A stretch of DNA of 64,000 nucleotides, taken from the IMG/VR virus record IMGVR_UViG_3300021425_002620; one strand, given 5' to 3'. Positions 19,405 to 28,129 of the stretch are shown piece by piece. Position numbers and translations under genes: made by a program. The notes beneath the pieces are model-generated. The model worked only from the letters and a program-made list of their open reading frames with translations. It made no database searches and was not told the origin of the DNA. Source of the stretch: a virus. Taxonomy: Duplodnaviria > Caudoviricetes. Within the stretch, counting starts at the first letter, position 1; every line of letters starts with the position of its first letter.

Positions 19405-20213
19405 TAATAATGTTCCAATTCGCTTACACCTAAAATTTTACGGAACTCATCTGTAAACTCGCCATCTATTCTTAGAGCATAACTTTGTTCCATAATGCGA
19501 TCACCTCCGTGCCAATCTTGATCATTCCACCAAGCAGCTCGAGTATTTAAGTATGTTTTATTCTTAGTTTCAGGATCCCATATATAAAAAGGTTTTTTAG
19601 TATTAGGTCGAATATGTATAAATTCGTTCTTGTGTGGAAAACTTTGATTCATGCCATTTTTAGCATCTAAGTCTCTATGCTCAAATGGAATACCGTCTGC
19701 ATCGCAATGGAAGAAAATAACTCTACCAATATGTTTAAATATTTTTTGGTCAATTAAATTTTCAACCCACTTTACTGTTTTAGGAAAATATTTTGCTTCT
19801 TCAGTTAACGTTCTTTCAGCTGTTCTATCATCCCAACTACCTTCTTCCCATAAAAAATAATAAATGTAAGGATCGTATGCTCCCATAGCCATTTTTAAAA
19901 AACGAGTAAAAATATTACGCTGTTTATAATCACTAAAGTCTTGTGGCATAATTTTTGCCCCAGCTTGTTTGATAGGATCGTCGTCGGATAATTGCTGCCA
20001 TTCTTGTAATGCTTGGTATATAGGCTTCCAGTTGTGAATATAGCTCATGTTTTCAAATGTAAATCCTGGAGTCATCCAAGTTGCTTCTTTTGCATATTCT
20101 CTTGCTAGTGCAAATCCTGTTATAATTTCTGGCTGCAATTTTTCAAATCCGTCCATGTCAATATATTCTTCCATATCAAAATATGGTATTCCGTTAATTC
20201 CTCTATTTGCCAT
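19404..20213 (-). CDS. 2OG-Fe(II)/cupin oxygenase-like protein
   Basis: PFEHRD ... WNDQDWHGG...YALRIDG. Confidence 0.55.
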   Translation of the reverse strand: MANRGINGIPYFDMEEYIDMDGFEKLQPEIITGFALAREYAKEATWMTPGFTFENMSYIHNWKPIYQALQEWQQLSDDDPIKQAGAKIMPQDFSDYKQRNIFTRFLKMAMGAYDPYIYYFLWEEGSWDDRTAERTLTEEAKYFPKTVKWVENLIDQKIFKHIGRVIFFHCDADGIPFEHRDLDAKNGMNQSFPHKNEFIHIRPNTKKPFYIWDPETKNKTYLNTRAAWWNDQDWHGGDRIMEQSYALRIDGEFTDEFRKILGVSELEHY

Positions 20214-21255
20214 AATTATCTATCCATTCTTTTGGTATTGTATCTAGTAGTGGTAGTTTTTTATTAATAGCACCGTCTCTTAATATCACTTGGTGTACTA
20301 ATGGACTCGGCGGCTGTCCTGGTAATATATCTGCAATAGCTTCGGTTTGTATTTCACTTAGATCAAGAGTTGTGGCATCGGGCCATTGTATTATTTTGAG
20401 AGGTAATCCATTTACTTTTACAGAATAATGTGCTCTATTACCATATATATCTTCTTCGTATGACCAGTTATATTTTTTACATATATTTTTTGTTTCTCTT
20501 ACTAAATCTGAAAGATAAATTTGTGGACCGCCCGGTGTTCTACCTATATCAGCACCACATCTAACTCTGTACTGTTGACATATTGAATTACCAAACTCTT
20601 GTATTTCTTTTAAACAATATTCTAATTGAGACATGTCTTCTAGTGTATAACTTACATTTTTTATAATTAGTCCTAATTCTATACAGTTTTTAATGCCTTC
20701 AATTTGTTTTTCTCTAACCTTATGTCCTTGATAGTCTGGATGGTTTAATCCGAATGTCCATGATAAGTTAGGTATTCCTACAAAACTTTCTACATACGAT
20801 CTATTAGACATATTAACACCATTTGTTAATACCATTACTCCTCTAGGTTTTCCAGGCAGAGATTGTATTGATCTTATAATATCAGGTAAGTCCTTTCTAG
20901 TAGTAGGTTCTGCTCCTACGAGTGCAACCGGATAACCGTCATCGGGCCATGATTTAATTTTTTCAAGCAAAGATATTATTGTTGGATCTATTGACAAATT
21001 GTCTGGCATTTGATAGCAATGGGGACATGCTAAATTACATTTGTTAGTAACTTCAACAAAATAACTCTGTAAGGCATGTCTATGATATTTGTAATCCAAA
21101 TAAAACTGTCCATCAGGTTCTATTAGATGTGTTACAGTGCCATGAGTAGGGCATGTTTTTTCTAACCAAATACTACCATTCTTTTCAAATTTAGTAGCAT
21201 GTACATGTCTGTAACAATGTTCACACACTGATAACGTTGATATCTGGTAATCCAT
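20203..21255 (-). CDS. Radical SAM protein with Tes/GDGT-MAS-like N-terminal rubredoxin-type domain
   Basis: TLSVCEHC-x20-CPTHG then VTNKCNLACPHC and VGAEPT. Confidence 0.8.
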   Translation of the reverse strand: MDYQISTLSVCEHCYRHVHATKFEKNGSIWLEKTCPTHGTVTHLIEPDGQFYLDYKYHRHALQSYFVEVTNKCNLACPHCYQMPDNLSIDPTIISLLEKIKSWPDDGYPVALVGAEPTTRKDLPDIIRSIQSLPGKPRGVMVLTNGVNMSNRSYVESFVGIPNLSWTFGLNHPDYQGHKVREKQIEGIKNCIELGLIIKNVSYTLEDMSQLEYCLKEIQEFGNSICQQYRVRCGADIGRTPGGPQIYLSDLVRETKNICKKYNWSYEEDIYGNRAHYSVKVNGLPLKIIQWPDATTLDLSEIQTEAIADILPGQPPSPLVHQVILRDGAINKKLPLLDTIPKEWIDNYGK

Positions 21256-22306
21256 CTTTAGTATATTTCCTCGGTATTGTATCTAATAAAGGTTTTCTTT
21301 CGTTTATAAATCTATCTCTCAATATAACCTGATGTAATAGCGGACTCATAGGTTTATGTGGTATTAAATTAGCCCAACTCTCACTTTGTGTTTCTTCTAA
21401 GTCTATAGTTTTTACGTCACACCATTTTATAAATCTGTGGGTAACTCCATTGATGTATACTGCAAAATGAGTTCTATTAGATATTTCAGGTGCTTCTATC
21501 CAAGTATAACCTTTTTTAATACATAAATCTTTTGCACACTTGACTAAGTCTGACAGATAATATTCTCTATGATCGCCGTCTGGCGTTCTACCAATATCTA
21601 CACCTACTTGTATTCTTGCTTCTTGTGCAATGCCCTTTGAATACCAATCTTGCATTTCGTCTAAAACATAACTTAATTGATCTAAATCGCCTAAGGTGTA
21701 AGTAAGATTTTTAATTCTTAGTCCTAAATCAATACAATTTTTTATACCTGTTTCTTGTTTTTCTCTAATTACACCGCCGTTATAGTCTGGATGGTTAAGT
21801 CCTATAGTCCATGTTAAATTTTTAAATGTAGTAAATTTTTTAGCATAAGCTATTTTTCCAAGATTTATACCATTAGTGACAATCATTAACCATCTTTCTT
21901 TTCTTGGTAATAAATTTATTTTTTCTATAATTGTAGGCAAATCTCGTCTTGTAGTTGGTTCTGCACCTACAAGTGCTACAGCCTTTCCGTCGTCGTCCCA
22001 AGACATTATTTGATTGAGTATCCAACTTACTGTAGGATCTTTAGACAAATTGTCCGGCATTTGGTAGCAGTGAGGACAGTCTAGATTACAACGATTAGTT
22101 ATATCTAACCAATATGAACTAGGATGTCTTTTTTCGTACACTTGTGATTTATAAAATTCTGCATCTATCTCTACAAGAGATTCATGATAACCATGCTCAG
22201 GACATGTTTTGCCTAACCATATTTTGTTTCCTCTTTCAAATTTAGTAGCAAGTACATGTCTATAGCAATGTTCGCACATTGATAAGGTATCTGTTAACTT
22301 TGTCAT
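21221..22306 (-). CDS. Radical SAM protein with Tes/GDGT-MAS-like N-terminal domain (tandem paralog of 20203..21255)
   Basis: TLSMCEHC-x20-CPEHG then ITNRCNLDCPHC and VGAEPT. Confidence 0.8.
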   Translation of the reverse strand: MTKLTDTLSMCEHCYRHVLATKFERGNKIWLGKTCPEHGYHESLVEIDAEFYKSQVYEKRHPSSYWLDITNRCNLDCPHCYQMPDNLSKDPTVSWILNQIMSWDDDGKAVALVGAEPTTRRDLPTIIEKINLLPRKERWLMIVTNGINLGKIAYAKKFTTFKNLTWTIGLNHPDYNGGVIREKQETGIKNCIDLGLRIKNLTYTLGDLDQLSYVLDEMQDWYSKGIAQEARIQVGVDIGRTPDGDHREYYLSDLVKCAKDLCIKKGYTWIEAPEISNRTHFAVYINGVTHRFIKWCDVKTIDLEETQSESWANLIPHKPMSPLLHQVILRDRFINERKPLLDTIPRKYTKDGLPDINVISV

Positions 22307-22334
22307 TAATCTCTCATATTTCAGTTATATAGTA

Positions 22335-22341
22335 TATTTAT
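22335..22341 (-). promoter_or_regulatory. T4-type late promoter box upstream of the Tes-like pair
   Basis: ATAAATA followed by a short leader with GAGAG before ATG at 22306. Confidence 0.5.
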
Positions 22342-22373
22342 TGGATAAATTATAATATAACGGAGAGATTGAT

Positions 22374-23051
22374 TTGTACAATTACTATTACAATGATGTT
22401 CCTGGCATTGGACTTTGTAGAAATAATTTAATATACACAAGTCTTGCAAATAAAGAGTTGACAAAATTTATCCAGTGGTATTTTAACGACGGTGAATATC
22501 ATAAAGGACAAAATCAAGTTGTAGACCCTAAACTAATGCAAGAAAAGTTTGATAGAGAAGTTAAGTACCTATCATTAATGCATACTAATTATCCTGAATT
22601 AGTTCCTAACTTTTACGCAGATGTATCTGAAAGAAAAATTTATTTAGATATTGACGGTAAAGACTTTTGGAATCGTGCAGGATGTTTAACAGAAAATTAT
22701 GATAATGTGTTACCTGATTGGCAAGATCAAATGTTAGAAATAATAAAGGCACACAAAAGTTTAGGACTGCACAAGTATAGTATGCATCCGTCAAGTTATT
22801 TTGTTGTAGACGGAAAGTTAAAGAGTATGAATTACTTTTTTACATATCATGAATCAGAACCATGTGTAAGTATTGCAGATGTAGAAAGTCACATATACAG
22901 TACACGTCAAGATGAAATGCGTAAACATTTAGAAAGTTTAGGCATTGAATGGAATAAACCACAGCCTTGGGAAGTAATGGACAAATTGTGTTGGAATAGT
23001 TTTAGAACAAATTATCCATCAGACTTTATAGAGAAAGCACTTAATGTATAA
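22374..23051 (+). CDS. Protein-kinase-like fold protein (paralog of 17080..17760)
   Basis: FDREVKYL, LPDWQDQM, YSMHPSSY, SMNYFF align with the 17080 protein; TTG start after GGAGAG. Confidence 0.5.
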   Translation: MYNYYYNDVPGIGLCRNNLIYTSLANKELTKFIQWYFNDGEYHKGQNQVVDPKLMQEKFDREVKYLSLMHTNYPELVPNFYADVSERKIYLDIDGKDFWNRAGCLTENYDNVLPDWQDQMLEIIKAHKSLGLHKYSMHPSSYFVVDGKLKSMNYFFTYHESEPCVSIADVESHIYSTRQDEMRKHLESLGIEWNKPQPWEVMDKLCWNSFRTNYPSDFIEKALNV

Positions 23052-23601
23052 AATAATACCTTGGAATAAAGATTTAGATTTAACAAATTTTTACAAAGAA
23101 GCCGAAAAGCGAGGCTTTGAAAATAATGCCTCTCAGCATATGCTAGTAGATTGCTTTCGAAAAGAAACTAAATGGAATACATGGATATTGTACTACAACA
23201 ATGAAGCAGTTGGAAGTGTGGCAGCACATAGTTTTGATGATGTAATGGGTCCTAACACATATCGTGTTGCTGCTAGGACCTGTGTGTTTACAGATAAACT
23301 ACCTTTAGTTAGTTTAAGGACACGCAATCAAATTATTACACATCAACATGCTACATCACAGTTTTTAATACCTGCTTGCTTAGAATGGTTACCACAGGAT
23401 GCTAGAGCATTTATTACGTCTAATGAAAATGAAGCAGGAACACAAAGAATTGTACATCGTATATATGGACCTGCAATGGAAAAAAGCGGACAAATGAAAC
23501 GAGTTAAAGATGTATACTATAGAGGCACTAATCAAACAGTATGGGAAATCTTTCCTGATAAGTTTTTTGAAGAATTAAATAAACATCCTAGATGGAGGTA
23601 A
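23044..23601 (+). CDS. Hypothetical protein, possible GNAT-like fold
   Basis: WILYYNNEAVGSVAAH beta-hairpin pattern resembles GNAT strands; no clear acetyl-CoA loop. Confidence 0.3.
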   Translation: MYKIIPWNKDLDLTNFYKEAEKRGFENNASQHMLVDCFRKETKWNTWILYYNNEAVGSVAAHSFDDVMGPNTYRVAARTCVFTDKLPLVSLRTRNQIITHQHATSQFLIPACLEWLPQDARAFITSNENEAGTQRIVHRIYGPAMEKSGQMKRVKDVYYRGTNQTVWEIFPDKFFEELNKHPRWR

Positions 23602-23604
23602 GTT

Positions 23605-24345
23605 GTGCAAGAGAGTGCAGAAGAATTTTTAAAACAGTTAAAGAACGATTTGCATAGATATATTGATGCATTCAAAGAGAAAACTAGAGATTTTAAAGTA
23701 GGTCATATAGAAGATATTGATAAGTTTTTTGACGAATATTTAGGAAAACTATTTGATAATAAAACCGACCAAAGAATTTTTGATTCTATCAAAACTTTAA
23801 GGTTTCTCGAGCCACATCATGTAGATAACTGTAAAGCAATACTTGATCGTATGAGTTTACTAGAACAACTACCAAAAAATGCTGTAGTAGCAGAAATAGG
23901 TGTTGATAGAGGTCGGTTTGCAGAACGCATATACGAAGTAACACAACCACGAAAGCTACATCTTATTGATATTTTTCAATTTGATTATCAATTAGAATCA
24001 ATAAACAATATACTAGGCAAAAAAGAAAACATAGAGATACATCAAGTAGACTCTGCAGAAGCAGGAAATTTGTTTGATGACGATTATTTTGACTGGATCT
24101 ATATAGATACTGATCATACATATGAAAGAACTAAAGCAGAACTAAATGCATTTGCAAATAAAATTAAACCAGGAGGTTATATATCAGGTCACGACTACTT
24201 TCAAGTTGGTATATCAAACGGGTTTTCATACGGTGTAATGAGTGCAGTACACGAGTTTGTAGTTATTAATGACTGGAAACTATATGCAGTTACACTAGAA
24301 CCTTTAGAAAATCAAAGTTTTGTTATACAAAAGCCAAATAACTAA
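23605..24345 (+). CDS. Class I SAM-dependent methyltransferase (Methyltransf_24-like)
   Basis: VAEIGVDRG, LIDIF, DWIYIDTDHTYE, IKPGGYISGHDY. Confidence 0.85.
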   Translation: MQESAEEFLKQLKNDLHRYIDAFKEKTRDFKVGHIEDIDKFFDEYLGKLFDNKTDQRIFDSIKTLRFLEPHHVDNCKAILDRMSLLEQLPKNAVVAEIGVDRGRFAERIYEVTQPRKLHLIDIFQFDYQLESINNILGKKENIEIHQVDSAEAGNLFDDDYFDWIYIDTDHTYERTKAELNAFANKIKPGGYISGHDYFQVGISNGFSYGVMSAVHEFVVINDWKLYAVTLEPLENQSFVIQKPNN

Positions 24346-25106
24346 ATCTTATAATACTCTAAAGTTTCAATATTATCCCATATCTGCTCGCCCATTGTAT
24401 CGCATGTTCTATTGAACTCGTCGACAAACTTAAACACATTATCAACAGGAAGTGTTTTTAATATGTCTAATCGTGCGTTCCACCATTTTGTTTCTAAAAG
24501 CATTTCTTTTACTTTATCGGGAAATCTATCTCTAATAATTTTATTTACTCCACCTACAATAGTATAAGGTGAAACATCTTTAGTAATTACAGCGTTAGCA
24601 GCAATAACAGCACCGTTGCCAATCGTAACACCTGGCATTACAATAATGTTGTCGCCTAGGTATACATCATTACCTATTATAACAGGGCGACCGTTCATTT
24701 CTTTTACATCTGTTTGACTTCTACTAATGTTTAGCATAGCAAGTTCTTTGTCTGTATAATTACTCTGGTTAGCCATTATAGTATCTGGATTAATACTGAC
24801 GCCTGAAAAGTTATGCATACCAGCAGCAATAGTACAGCGATATCCTATACCACTATGTCTGCCCATAAAAAAGTTATCTCGCATATAACCACCATCTCTA
24901 ATACTAGAATATGCTCCGATAAAGATTGTATTTGGTTCGGAAGTAAAATTAGGACAATCAACCTTACAGCCTTTTTCAAATAAAATATTATTTAAAAATG
25001 AAATATTCTCTGTACGTATTTTATGTTCTTCTGTTGTAGTTATGGTTTGATCTGCAGATAATTTCTTTTGTTTAAAGGATTCTAATTTATCTTCTATACC
25101 TTTCAT
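24342..25106 (-). CDS. Hexapeptide-repeat O-acetyltransferase, CatB/Vat-like
   Basis: VIIGNDVYLG...MPGVTIGNGAVIAANAVITKDV.PYTIVGG and LLETKWWN. Confidence 0.85.
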   Translation of the reverse strand: MKGIEDKLESFKQKKLSADQTITTTEEHKIRTENISFLNNILFEKGCKVDCPNFTSEPNTIFIGAYSSIRDGGYMRDNFFMGRHSGIGYRCTIAAGMHNFSGVSINPDTIMANQSNYTDKELAMLNISRSQTDVKEMNGRPVIIGNDVYLGDNIIVMPGVTIGNGAVIAANAVITKDVSPYTIVGGVNKIIRDRFPDKVKEMLLETKWWNARLDILKTLPVDNVFKFVDEFNRTCDTMGEQIWDNIETLEYYKI

Positions 25107-25111
25107 AAATC

Positions 25112-25139
25112 TATTTATAAAAAAACAGGCAGATAAATA
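25112..25139. promoter_or_regulatory. Back-to-back divergent T4-type late promoters, both leaderless
   Basis: Minus: TATAAATA (25119-25112), 5 nt, ATG 25106; plus: ATAAATA (25133-25139), 5 nt, ATG 25145. Confidence 0.7.
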
Positions 25140-25144
25140 TAATT

Positions 25145-25705
25145 ATGGACTGGACAAAAATTAAAGCAGCTACTATTGATTTAGATGTTGATACAAACCG
25201 ATTAGAAAATGAATTAAAGAATATCCCTAACGATCGATGGGGTTCTTATATTCACCAATCGGGTCATGAATGGAAGAGTATGTTCATTAACAAAAATTCT
25301 ACAGAAGTTTTTAAAGATTTTAAAACTGCTAAAATGATACCCCATAGCGATTGGTATTGGGATGAAACTTTAGACACTCCGTATTTAAAAGAATTAGTAG
25401 AGTCGTTACCTATGAAAAATATTGGCATGATTAGGGCATTTATTTTAAATGGTCCTCTTGTAATGCATACAGATAGTAACGAAACTACTCCAGTTGAATT
25501 AAATTATAATTTAGGTTTAACCATTGCAACTAAAATGGAAGGTCCTATGCAAATGGCCGGCTGTGGACCTATTGAAGGTTATAATGTATTGTTTAATGAT
25601 TCTATAGAGCACGGATTTCCAAACGGTGTTGGCGAGCAAATTAGTTTAAGAATATTTGGAGATTTTGACTACGATAAATTTAAGGTAACACGCATATATG
25701 AATAG
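25145..25705 (+). CDS. 2OG-Fe(II)/cupin oxygenase-like protein
   Basis: LVMHTD ... LFNDSIEHG...ISLRIFG. Confidence 0.6.
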   Translation: MDWTKIKAATIDLDVDTNRLENELKNIPNDRWGSYIHQSGHEWKSMFINKNSTEVFKDFKTAKMIPHSDWYWDETLDTPYLKELVESLPMKNIGMIRAFILNGPLVMHTDSNETTPVELNYNLGLTIATKMEGPMQMAGCGPIEGYNVLFNDSIEHGFPNGVGEQISLRIFGDFDYDKFKVTRIYE

Positions 25706-26153
25706 TATAATTAAAAAATCATCTATTTTAGACTTTACAAAAGAAAGTCTGTTTGTTGTAGAACAAGAGTTTACAAACGAATTTATGGGAATGACCCTTC
25801 AACGTGCAGTAACTAAAAATTTAAAACTTCTAGATATAGAAGAATTATCTCCAATTAGAGAGTACATTTTAAGTTGTATTCCTGGATACGAGTTTATGGG
25901 CAGCTGGGCATCTAAGATTGATCCGGGAGTTGGTGCAGGAGAACACATTCATCCTGATGCTGATGTTTCGGGTACAATATGTCTAAGCATTAATGAAGGA
26001 ATCATATATCACCATGTAGAAAACATTGTAAGGAAGGAAATTTTATATCCTAACGATTTAATATTCTGGCCGTCAAATATTGTACATTCTGTACCAATTA
26101 ACGAAAATGAAAATCCTTGGTATAGTATTAATTTTGATTTAAGGAAAGTTTAA
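25698..26153 (+). CDS. 2OG-Fe(II) oxygenase family protein
   Basis: GEHIHP.ADVSGTI ... LIFWPS.IVHSVP...SINFD. Confidence 0.75.
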   Translation: MNSIIKKSSILDFTKESLFVVEQEFTNEFMGMTLQRAVTKNLKLLDIEELSPIREYILSCIPGYEFMGSWASKIDPGVGAGEHIHPDADVSGTICLSINEGIIYHHVENIVRKEILYPNDLIFWPSNIVHSVPINENENPWYSINFDLRKV

Positions 26154-26599
26154 TGTATCTAGAATATCTTGACTTACCTAAATTATCAGCAAATTTAATA
26201 GAAAACGTATATGAGACAGTCAAAACTAGTAAAAAATATACTAGTCAAGGAAACACAGATGCCGAAAATTATGAACACTTTACAAGTATAGATGCTAGTA
26301 ATGAATTAAAAAAATTTACTCAAAGCATTTTTGATTTTGAACATCTCACCCATATATTTTTTTTAACAGACGATTTACCTATGCATATTGATAATCTTGA
26401 TGTAAGAAGTAAAGCCTATAATTATGTTATCGAGTCCGGCGGCGGAAACACTAACATTTATAATCAAAAAGCAGAACTAATAGAATCTTATGATATTGAT
26501 TTACATCGTTGGCATATATTAGATGTTTCTCAAAACCATAGTGTTTCAATACCTAACCCTCCAAGGATATTAGTTACAGTAACGCCAATAAAAGGTTAA
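26153..26599 (+). CDS. 2OG-Fe(II)/cupin oxygenase-like protein
   Basis: LPMHID...AYNY ... WHILDV.QNHSV...PRIL. Confidence 0.6.
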   Translation: MYLEYLDLPKLSANLIENVYETVKTSKKYTSQGNTDAENYEHFTSIDASNELKKFTQSIFDFEHLTHIFFLTDDLPMHIDNLDVRSKAYNYVIESGGGNTNIYNQKAELIESYDIDLHRWHILDVSQNHSVSIPNPPRILVTVTPIKG

Positions 26600-26602
26600 A
26601 TT

Positions 26603-28129
26603 ATGCATAATAACATAAAAAATATAACAATCGTTGGAGGTGGTACAGCAGGTTGGTTAGCAGCAGCCTGGTTTTCTAAATTTAATAAAAACTTAAAAAT
26701 AACACTGATTGAATCTCCTACTATTCCGCCTATTGGAGTAGGTGAAGCAGTTACTCCGCATGTTGCTATATTTTTTGAAAAACTTGGAATAAATGAAAAA
26801 GACTGGATGAAACATACAGGCGCAGTCTATAAGTATGCTAATAAATTTGTAAACTGGAATACTAACAAAAAAAGCGAATATTCTAGTTTTAATTATCCAT
26901 TAAATAGCTCTGTTTTGTTACGTGATATAGATCACGGATTAAATACTGATGATTTTATTACAAATGATATTAATACTGCTGATACATTTATGCACTTGTT
27001 AGCAACTGGAGAAATAGATAAATTTGACAAGTATTTTCACAGCCAATTCCCTTACATGGAAAATAATGTTGCTCCGTTTGATAACAATGATTATTTACTC
27101 AATAAAAATTATAGCTGGAGTCAGCATATAAACGCAGAACTAGCAGCTGAATATATAAGAGATAATGTTGCTATTCCTAATGGTGTAGAGCATATAAAAG
27201 CTAATGTTGCTAAAATTGTAAAAACTAATCAAGGCATTGACAAACTAATTTTAGATAATGGATCTATTAACCATGCAGATTTTTATATTGATGCTTCTGG
27301 CTTTAAAAGAATTTTAGCATCAGAATTAGAATGGAATTTTAAAGAATACAAAAACCAACCAATTAGATCTGCTTGGGTTTCGCAAACAGATTACAATGAT
27401 ATTGAATCTGAATTAGTTAACTATACACAAAGCATTGCTGAACCATTTGGATGGAGATTTAAAATAGGATTATATCACCGAATGGGTAATGGTTATTCTT
27501 ACAGTCCAGACCATTGTAGTGATGACATAGCTAAAGAATATTTTTTAAATCAATTATCAAATGTAAAAACTACTCCAAGAAAACTATCTTGGACTCCAGG
27601 AAGATTTGAAAATCCACTACAAGGTAATGTTGCAACTATAGGATTAAGTATTGGATTTATAGAAGCATTAGAAGCTACATCGCTTTTAATTATTACAGAA
27701 AGTATTAGAGAATTAAGTGAAGTCTTAAACAACAAAATGACTGTTGAAGAATTTAATAATCATACCAATAGAAAATTTGATATTATTGCTGATTTTATTT
27801 TGGTGCATTATACTTTAAGTGACAGAACCGATACTGAGTTTTGGAAAGATATGCATGAGCTTGGTAAAAAAGAAAATCATGCCGACTTAGTGTATGAATA
27901 TTTTAAAAAGTTAAAGTTTGGCCAAGGTAATGTGTTTCCTGATTTTATGTGGGGGCAAGTTGCACATAGTTGGGGACAAAATTTAGACAAATGGATTTTA
28001 GATTCTAAATATAAAGATTTAATCGATTTAACTAAACTACACTATACTAATAGTAAATGCAAACATGAGATTGTTAGTAGGTCGCGTTTAACAAATTACA
28101 AATGGCTTACTCGATATATCTATAACTAG
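26603..28129 (+). CDS. Tryptophan-halogenase-family flavoprotein
   Basis: IVGGGTAGW, IGVGEA, conserved Lys in GAVYKYANKFVNW, YIDASGF, FIEALEATS; WxWxIP is replaced by WRFKIG. Confidence 0.85.
   Translation: MHNNIKNITIVGGGTAGWLAAAWFSKFNKNLKITLIESPTIPPIGVGEAVTPHVAIFFEKLGINEKDWMKHTGAVYKYANKFVNWNTNKKSEYSSFNYPLNSSVLLRDIDHGLNTDDFITNDINTADTFMHLLATGEIDKFDKYFHSQFPYMENNVAPFDNNDYLLNKNYSWSQHINAELAAEYIRDNVAIPNGVEHIKANVAKIVKTNQGIDKLILDNGSINHADFYIDASGFKRILASELEWNFKEYKNQPIRSAWVSQTDYNDIESELVNYTQSIAEPFGWRFKIGLYHRMGNGYSYSPDHCSDDIAKEYFLNQLSNVKTTPRKLSWTPGRFENPLQGNVATIGLSIGFIEALEATSLLIITESIRELSEVLNNKMTVEEFNNHTNRKFDIIADFILVHYTLSDRTDTEFWKDMHELGKKENHADLVYEYFKKLKFGQGNVFPDFMWGQVAHSWGQNLDKWILDSKYKDLIDLTKLHYTNSKCKHEIVSRSRLTNYKWLTRYIYN

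Noticed and set aside
20203-22306. Calling the pair functional tetraether lipid synthases
   Set aside because: They lack the additional Fe-S ligand motifs and about 150 residues of full-length Tes, so only relatedness is claimed
24342-25106. Chloramphenicol/streptogramin resistance gene
   Set aside because: The hexapeptide fold is shared by many sugar O-acetyltransferases; context among glycan and tailoring enzymes favours that role
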